Shown here: in pieces, positions 1 to 4,830 of the stretch
How the letters are laid out: the number at the start of each line of letters is the position of its first letter
Position numbering within the stretch: the stretch's first letter is position 1
Origin: Thermoproteaceae archaeon
GTDB lineage: Archaea > Thermoproteota > Thermoprotei > Thermoproteales > Thermoproteaceae
Reading direction: 5' to 3'
NCBI GenBank assembly: GCA_020833025.1
Contig: JAJHRB010000037.1
Span: 1-15,773, forward strand
Length of the DNA: 15,773 bases
Program-made: the position numbers and the translations under genes
The notes under the pieces: generated by a model
Seen by the model: the letters and a program-made list of their open reading frames with translations, nothing else
Told to the model about the DNA's origin: nothing
The model's database searches: none

Positions 1-1190
1 GGAAAGCCTACCATCATTGTGTACGCCGGATATATATAGTTCTCGTTCAAGATTATTGCAGACTCTATCGCCAGCTCGTGCCACTTCTCCGGCGGGAACG
101 GGTATGCCTTGTTCCTCATGTACTTTGCCAGTATTCTGACGCTTCCGGTCTCGAGACCTATTACCGGCGTGTCTCCCTTGTCAGGACCGTAACCGCCCAG
201 CTCGGCTATGGCCCTCACGGTCTTCGGGGATTCAACGACCGGCGCGATGGATGTGTGGCTGAAGAATATATGCTCGACTTTCAGGTCCCCTGCCCTCAGC
301 GACCTTATTGCGCTGAAGAGCTTCACGATGGCGTCGTGATTTACCCTAAGTCTATTCGGCCCGAACGGCGACGTCCCGTACAGCAGCACGTCATCAGTTA
401 TGAGATCGACCTGAGTCCAGCCGGCTCTTAAGTTCACCTCGACCTCTCTCACGACGTGTTCTACAGGTATGGAGCGGAACATAGTAGGCGTGACGGGGCA
501 GAATTGGCATCCGCGGGGGCAGCCGCGCGTAATCTGCACCTCGCCTAGGCGGGCTGGATTGACTATCACCGGTATGTCCTCTACTGACGGGTATTCATTG
601 GGCGACGGGCGTATCACCGGCGGCACCTCCTCCCCGGCAATAATTCTCGGCAGCCACTTCGGCAGTGTTATCTCCGCGTCCTCTAGGAAGATTGCGTCAA
701 CCCACTCTGGCCTCCCGGCGCGGATGACTTGCTCGACGCCCGGCCCGCCCAGTATTACCCTGAATCCGTACTTTCGCTTCAGCGCCGCTACCTTGTCTCC
801 CAGCTCTCTGAAGAATCTGCCGGTCCACGTCTCGCCGCCTCCAAGTATCATTGCCAAGAGCGTCCCAACGGGCGAGAGACCAATGTCGTGCACGCTTATG
901 CCGACAACCTTCGTCCGGGGGCCCACAACTCTCTCAAGTCTCTCCGGGGGGGTCACTATGACGTCCTGGTATCCGGCCTTGATGAGCGCCGCCTCGACCT
1001 TTCTAAGTGTGTAGGGCGCGTAAAGCGCTTTCCCCTCTCTATCTGCAGGCACCGGCGGCGTGAAAAACTTGTCCATAAAGAGCCGGGGGACCAGGCGTGC
1101 CGGCATGTCGGCTATATAGCCAAGAGCCGTTGATCTATTGTAGTCCGTAAATGTGCCGCGATCTGCAGTTAGGACGATCTCATGGTGCAT
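1..1190 (-). CDS. B12-binding-domain radical SAM protein, 3' end runs off the window; possibly GDGT ring synthase (Grs)-like
   Basis: Not in the ORF track because there is no stop in the window. Manual minus-strand translation from ATG 1190 gives MHHEIVLTADRGTFTDYNRSTALGYIADMPARLVPRLFMDKFFTPP...APYTLRKVEAAL...VILGGPG...EVQITRGCPRGCQFCPVTP...DLITDDVLLYG...YPAYTMMVGF. It has the CxxxCxxC radical SAM motif and an N-terminal cobalamin-binding-like region. Confidence is for the radical SAM call; the Grs assignment is much weaker. Confidence 0.9.
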   Translation of the reverse strand, partial: MHHEIVLTADRGTFTDYNRSTALGYIADMPARLVPRLFMDKFFTPPVPADREGKALYAPYTLRKVEAALIKAGYQDVIVTPPERLERVVGPRTKVVGISVHDIGLSPVGTLLAMILGGGETWTGRFFRELGDKVAALKRKYGFRVILGGPGVEQVIRAGRPEWVDAIFLEDAEITLPKWLPRIIAGEEVPPVIRPSPNEYPSVEDIPVIVNPARLGEVQITRGCPRGCQFCPVTPTMFRSIPVEHVVREVEVNLRAGWTQVDLITDDVLLYGTSPFGPNRLRVNHDAIVKLFSAIRSLRAGDLKVEHIFFSHTSIAPVVESPKTVRAIAELGGYGPDKGDTPVIGLETGSVRILAKYMRNKAYPFPPEKWHELAIESAIILNENYIYPAYTMMVGF

Positions 1191-1273
1191 ATCTCGCGCC
1201 GCGCGCGCACTATCTAAGTCTTGCGCCACTGTTGCGGCGCCAGAAGCCTCTCCCTATCTGCGCTGAGTTAATG

Positions 1274-1281
1274 CTTTTATA
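1274..1281 (+). promoter_or_regulatory. TATA box (CTTTTATA) for the SRP RNA transcript; predicted TSS ~1299-1303
   Basis: Isolated AT-rich box upstream of the GC-rich structured RNA. The TSS is inferred from the 26-29 nt box-to-start spacing at the argF, nudix, SBP, rps13, pgk and HDAC genes in this window. Confidence 0.6.
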
Positions 1282-1340
1282 CTCACGCGCACAGAGTAGA
1301 CGGCGGGGGGCTGCACGGCGTGCCGGCCGTGTTCCGCCGT

Positions 1341-1618
1341 CAGGCGGACCCAGGCTAGGGGGCCCGAAACCGGGGCCGGGCAGCGCTGCCCCCAGCGCCC
1401 GCGCCGGGCTCACCGAAGAGCCCCGGTCCGGCGGGGCGCCGGTCCCCAGGCTGCTCCAGCCGTAGGGCCGGGGGGACCTGGGCATGCGGGGAAACGGCGG
1501 AGGTCCGGGAGGGAGCACGCCTAACCCGCAGCCGGTGCGTTCGCCGGGGAGCCGGGGGGAGGGATGCCCGGCGCGGGCGCTGGGGGCAGCGCTGCCGGCT
1601 TCGGGTTGCCGCCGCCTG
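1341..1618 (+). ncRNA. ffs: Archaeal signal recognition particle (7S/SRP) RNA
   Basis: Helix 8: UGCGGG 1485-1490/CCCGCA 1525-1530, asymmetric loop, GGCG/CGCC, symmetric loop GAGG/AGCA, UCC-GGGA-GGG (GNRA loop 1507-1510). Helix 6: CCCAGG 1445-1450/CCUGGG 1477-1482 capped by GCC-GUAG-GGC (GNAR loop). Helix 5: 1379-1409/1566-1596. Helix 1: CAGGCGG/CCGCCUG plus ACCC-AGGC/GCUU-C-GGGU. Termini are approximate. Confidence 0.92.
1379..1596. repeat. Perfect 31-bp inverted repeat (arms 1379-1409 and 1566-1596) forming SRP helix 5
   Basis: GGCAGCGCTGCCCCCAGCGCCCGCGCCGGGC is the exact reverse complement of GCCCGGCGCGGGCGCTGGGGGCAGCGCTGCC, checked base by base. Confidence 0.95.
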
Positions 1619-1815
1619 CGTATTTCCTTGCATTGGCGTGGGACGTGGCTGGCGCGGTAGGGACCGTTCTCCACGGACGCCTGAAACAGCCCGGACGGCA
1701 GGCCGGGGCCTATCTATCTGAGCTCAGGCAGACCGGGAGGCGCGGGGCATGCAGGGGTATGGCCGCGAGGTCTTGCCCGGGCGGCCCGGCGCCTCCTGGC
1801 GCATAACTGTACCAC

Positions 1816-2184
1816 TCACAAGAGCGGTATGTAGCGTGCGAGCCTGGCCCTCTTGGCTACCTCCAGCGCAAATCTCTCGATTTTGCTCCCGTCGCCTCTG
1901 ACTACGGCAATTGTTAGGCATCTCCCCTCAACGTGTACGTGCGTATAGGCCACTACATGAGTCTTGTTCACTTCAATGGCGTCGCCCACGTCCGAGAAGG
2001 TATCTGTGACTGCCACCACGACTCCGAGGCACTGGTGGCCCGGTTTTTTGTGATCCTTCTGCGTCTCCAGATACTCCCAGAGGGCGGCGGCAATGACCTC
2101 GCTCCGAGTGGCGCCGGTTTCCTGCGATATTCTATCTACAGCCTCTGCGAGTTCGCATGGAAGCGATACGCCAAAGCGCCTCAT
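1816..2184 (-). CDS. NikR-like ribbon-helix-helix transcriptional regulator (122 aa)
   Basis: N-terminal RHH (MRRFGVSLPCELAEAVDRISQETGATRSEVIAAALWEYL) and a C-terminal NikR-type domain with THVHVEGRCLTIAVVRG. Start trimmed from the 210-aa ORF to ATG 2184, because the longer ORF overlaps ribC. Confidence 0.85.
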   Translation of the reverse strand: MRRFGVSLPCELAEAVDRISQETGATRSEVIAAALWEYLETQKDHKKPGHQCLGVVVAVTDTFSDVGDAIEVNKTHVVAYTHVHVEGRCLTIAVVRGDGSKIERFALEVAKRARLARYIPLL

Positions 2185-2200
2185 GGGGAAATTCATGAGG
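2179..2200. promoter_or_regulatory. Inverted repeat CCTCATG-N8-CATGAGG over the nikR-like start codon; candidate operator
   Basis: Perfect 7-8-7 dyad seen in the sequence. Its function is inferred. Confidence 0.35.
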
Positions 2201-2203
2201 GGG

Positions 2204-2216
2204 AATTTTATGTATA
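2204..2216. promoter_or_regulatory. Shared AT-rich element of the divergent nikR-like/ribC promoters
   Basis: TTTTATGT (2206-2213) lies 28 nt before the ribC ATG, and the same tract read on the minus strand lies ~28 nt before the nikR-like ATG. Confidence 0.45.
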
Positions 2217-2233
2217 CTGATGTCGGTCTCGGC

Positions 2234-2692
2234 ATGGGCTGTGTAGGCGTGGTAGACACCACTTTCGCTAGAGTGGACATGGGCGGCGTCGCTGTGGAGG
2301 AACTGAAGAATTTCATGCCGGGCGCCGTGGTTAAAAGAATTACTGTCCCCGGCATTAAGAACGCCGTGTGGGGTGCCTTGAAGTTAGTTAAGGAAGGATG
2401 CGATGCCGTGATTGTGCTTGGGTGGGTTGGCCCCACTTTGATTGACAAGTACAGCTACCTGGCCTCGTCGATAGGACTTATGCAGCTACAGATAGCCACC
2501 GGCGCCCTCGTCATTGACGTGACGGTCCACGAGGAGGAGGGCGGCGGAGACGAGAGGAAGCTTAAGGAAATTGCCATAGACAGGACAAGGAAACACGTGT
2601 GGAACCTCGTTCAAGTGCTTAGGGGGGATCTGACCCGGTATGCCGGCAAGGGCTTAAGGCAGGGGTATCCCGACGTGGGAGAGATCGTTTAA
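2234..2692 (+). CDS. ribC: Archaeal-type riboflavin synthase (152 aa)
   Basis: VGVVDTTFARVDMG, RITVPGIK, GCDAVIVLG, VTVHEEE and AGKGLRQGYPDVG match the archaeal pentameric riboflavin synthase family (lumazine-synthase paralogue). Start set at ATG 2234. Confidence 0.92.
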   Translation: MGCVGVVDTTFARVDMGGVAVEELKNFMPGAVVKRITVPGIKNAVWGALKLVKEGCDAVIVLGWVGPTLIDKYSYLASSIGLMQLQIATGALVIDVTVHEEEGGGDERKLKEIAIDRTRKHVWNLVQVLRGDLTRYAGKGLRQGYPDVGEIV

Positions 2693-2964
2693 TTCTGTAA
2701 ATGCGCTGCATTACAGCACAAGTAAAGTGATTATTTGCAGGTAAGCACACACCGCGTGAAGTGTTGACAAATTTTATAGAGATTGCAGTGAAAATATATA
2801 GAGAAAATTGCATCTATTTCACGGTAGTAAATATATTTAAGTCCCCCGAAATGCACTTAACACAAGGAACCCCACGCCCCCGCTATTCCTGCGCGCCCGC
2901 GCCTCCCGCCAGGCTTCGCGCATTTTTCCGCCATCTTCCACACAGTGCAAATTGACAGCGGCAC

Positions 2965-3021
2965 GGGTCAGGCTGGAGCGGCTGCATCACGGCTCAACAT
3001 CGGGAAGTAGTCATCACGCAT
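2965..3021 (-). ncRNA. Box C/D methylation guide sRNA (candidate 1)
   Basis: Minus strand reads C box GUGAUGA (3017-3011), guide CUACUUCCCGAUG, D' UUGA (2997-2994), spacer GCC, C' GUGAUGC (2990-2984), guide AGCCGCUCCAGC, D CUGA (2971-2968). This is canonical archaeal double-guide spacing, with an upstream TATA. Confidence 0.85.
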
Positions 3022-3039
3022 CCCCTGAGCTGCGTGTGT

Positions 3040-3047
3040 AAATAAAA
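3040..3047 (-). promoter_or_regulatory. TATA box (TTTTATTT) for C/D sRNA 1
   Basis: Begins ~26-28 nt upstream of the predicted sRNA 5' end. Confidence 0.55.
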
Positions 3048-3093
3048 CATTCAGGTGCAGGCACGGGCACCCTTGCAGCCGATGCAGTCACAC

Positions 3094-3101
3094 CTTAAAA
3101 C
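3094..3101 (+). promoter_or_regulatory. TATA box (CTTAAAAC) for leaderless argF
   Basis: 26 nt before GTG 3120. Confidence 0.6.
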
Positions 3102-3119
3102 AAAGCCCCTACTGGGCGC

Positions 3120-4040
3120 GTGAGGCACCTGCTGACTCTAGTGGAGTACGAGCCGCACGAGATTGAGTACATACTGCGCATTGCAAGGGACTTCAAGTCG
3201 CGCTATCTGGCGGGCGAGGTCTACCTCCCAATCCTCCAGGGGGAGGTGGTGCTGCTCTACTTCGAAAAGCCCAGCACGAGGACCCGGCTGTCGCTCACGG
3301 CAGCGGCGGCGCAGCTCGGAATGCACGTAGTTTACACCACGCCGGAGGAGCTGCAGATAAGCCGCGGGGAGGGCATTGCTGACACCATGAGGGTTGTGTC
3401 CAGATACGCCGCGGCGGTTGCGGCCAGGGTGCAGAGACACGAGACGCTGGAGGAGATGGCGCGGCACAGCTCGATTCCTGTGATAAACGCGCTGTCGGAC
3501 AAGCACCATCCATTGCAAGCACTTGCCGACGCGCTGACCTTGTGGGAGAGGTCCGGCAAGCTCCGCGGCATCAAGCTTGCATTTCTCGGCGACGTGTCAA
3601 ACAATGTTGCAACGAGCCTGGCCATCATCGGCGCCAAGCTCGGATGGGAGGTCAGGCTCATCGGCCCGAAGCAGCTCTGGAGTGCCAAGCTGGTGGACGC
3701 ACTCTCCGAAGACGCGGCGAAAACCGGGGCTAGTATTTACTTCAGCGAGTCGATAGATGACGTGGCAGGAGTTGACTGCGTTTACACGGACGTATGGGTC
3801 TCCATGGGCTTTGAGGCGGAGGCCGCGGAAAGGAAGAGGCTGCTGGGGCCGTACCAAGTGAGCCAGAGAGTCATGGAGATGGCGGGGAAGAGGGCAATCT
3901 TCATGCACTGCCTGCCAGCGCGCCGCGGGGAGGAAGTCGCAGACGACGTGATCGAGGGGTCGCGCTCGGCGGTGTGGGATCAGGCAGAGAATAGAATGCA
4001 CACTGCAAAGGCGGTCTTCGCGTATCTCCTCAGGCCCTAG
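3120..4040 (+). CDS. argF: Ornithine carbamoyltransferase
   Basis: Carbamoyl-phosphate motif FEKPSTRTR, HPLQALAD, DVWVSMG and HCLP; the SMG and HCLP motifs distinguish OTC from ATC. Confidence 0.96.
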   Translation: MRHLLTLVEYEPHEIEYILRIARDFKSRYLAGEVYLPILQGEVVLLYFEKPSTRTRLSLTAAAAQLGMHVVYTTPEELQISRGEGIADTMRVVSRYAAAVAARVQRHETLEEMARHSSIPVINALSDKHHPLQALADALTLWERSGKLRGIKLAFLGDVSNNVATSLAIIGAKLGWEVRLIGPKQLWSAKLVDALSEDAAKTGASIYFSESIDDVAGVDCVYTDVWVSMGFEAEAAERKRLLGPYQVSQRVMEMAGKRAIFMHCLPARRGEEVADDVIEGSRSAVWDQAENRMHTAKAVFAYLLRP

Positions 4041-4561
4041 GGCCGGCATGGCATTAGGCCGCGCATGAGCGCTGTCATGACCGCAATTATGGTCTTCCCG
4101 TCCTTTATCTCGCCAGCGTTGACCATGCGCACCAGCTCGTCGCAGGGCACCCACAATATTTCCATGTCGGCCTCGCCGGGGTCCCTCCTGTCAATACCGA
4201 CGTGCTCAAGCTCGCTGGCGTGGTAAACTTTGATGAGCTCATTCGAGACTCCCGGAGTTGGGTAGAACTCGGCCAGCGGGGTTAGTTTAAGCGGCTTATA
4301 GCCTGTTTCCTCGATCATTTCCCTGAGAGCAGCTGACTCGGGGCTCTCGCCGGGCTCGAGAGTACCCGCGGGTATCTCAAGCGTCCACGCCTCCACCGCC
4401 GCTCTGTACTGCCTCACGAGAAGCACACTGTTTCCGGACACTGCCAGCACGGCAACGGAGCCGGGGTGGAGTATGTACTCGCCCCACACGGCCCTCCCGC
4501 CGACTACTCTTGCCCTCCTTACCACAGAGAATTTTGCCGCGCGGTAGACAATGGACTCCAT
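4037..4561 (-). CDS. Nudix hydrolase, ADP-ribose pyrophosphatase-like (174 aa)
   Basis: Full Nudix box GTLEPGESPESAALREMIEETGY, downstream FYPTPG, and DGKTI motif. Start at ATG 4561, supported by TATA CTTTTAGC 27 nt upstream. Confidence 0.9.
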   Translation of the reverse strand: MESIVYRAAKFSVVRRARVVGGRAVWGEYILHPGSVAVLAVSGNSVLLVRQYRAAVEAWTLEIPAGTLEPGESPESAALREMIEETGYKPLKLTPLAEFYPTPGVSNELIKVYHASELEHVGIDRRDPGEADMEILWVPCDELVRMVNAGEIKDGKTIIAVMTALMRGLMPCRP

Positions 4562-4580
4562 GACAGCCGGCTGGCGCGCA

Positions 4581-4588
4581 GCTAAAAG
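4581..4588 (-). promoter_or_regulatory. TATA box (CTTTTAGC) for the Nudix gene
   Basis: 27 nt before ATG 4561. Confidence 0.55.
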
Positions 4589-4595
4589 CAAGACG

Positions 4596-4654
4596 GCAGT
4601 CTCAGCGACCAGAAACCATCGTCACCCAGTCAGTGCCCTGGGTGTCGTCACTGC
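4596..4654 (-). ncRNA. Box C/D methylation guide sRNA (candidate 2)
   Basis: Minus strand reads C GUGACGA (4651-4645), guide CACCCAGGGCA, D' CUGA (4633-4630), spacer CUGG, C' GUGACGA (4625-4619), guide UGGUUUCUGGUCG, D CUGA (4605-4602). Terminal stem GCAG/CUGC. Confidence 0.87.
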
Positions 4655-4672
4655 AAGCAAAGCGCGTGCCGG

Positions 4673-4680
4673 TATAAAAA
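4673..4680 (-). promoter_or_regulatory. TATA box (TTTTTATA) for C/D sRNA 2
   Basis: 26 nt before the predicted sRNA 5' end at ~4654. Confidence 0.6.
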
Positions 4681-4830
4681 TGGGTCCCCTTCGGGGCCAC
4701 GGGAGGTCTCTCGGCGCCCCGGGGGCGGACCGCGACACGCTCGGCGCATTAGTGCAGTTTAGGGAGCGGGCAAGCGGCAAGGTCGTTGAATTTATTGGGG
4801 AGAGCGGAATTCAGGTATGGCAACCAGCAG

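Noticed and set aside
78-1133. Plus-strand ORFs 78-431, 469-1014 and 729-1133
   Set aside because: Antisense shadows of the radical SAM gene.
1341-1618. Circularly permuted SRP RNA gene as in Thermoproteus tenax
   Set aside because: Helices occur in canonical order (1, Alu remnant, 5, 6, 8, 5', 1') and helix 8 is continuous, so the gene is not permuted.
1341-1618. Canonical BHB directly at the mature SRP termini
   Set aside because: Testing registers around helix 1 gave 1-, 2- or 5-nt bulges, not 3-4-3 geometry.
1210-1806. GC-rich ORFs 1210-1674, 1355-1633, 1151-1465 and 1564-1806
   Set aside because: Pro/Gly/Ala/Arg-rich shadow translations of the SRP RNA and its flanks.
1620-1815. RNase P RNA (type T) or a C/D sRNA using CUGA at 1681 and 1718
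   Set aside because: No P4 consensus halves on either strand, and no C or C' box at suitable spacing.
2727-2768. C/D-like GUGAUUA...GUGAAGU...UUGA on the plus strand
   Set aside because: No D' box, and only one nucleotide between the putative C' and D, so there is no guide.
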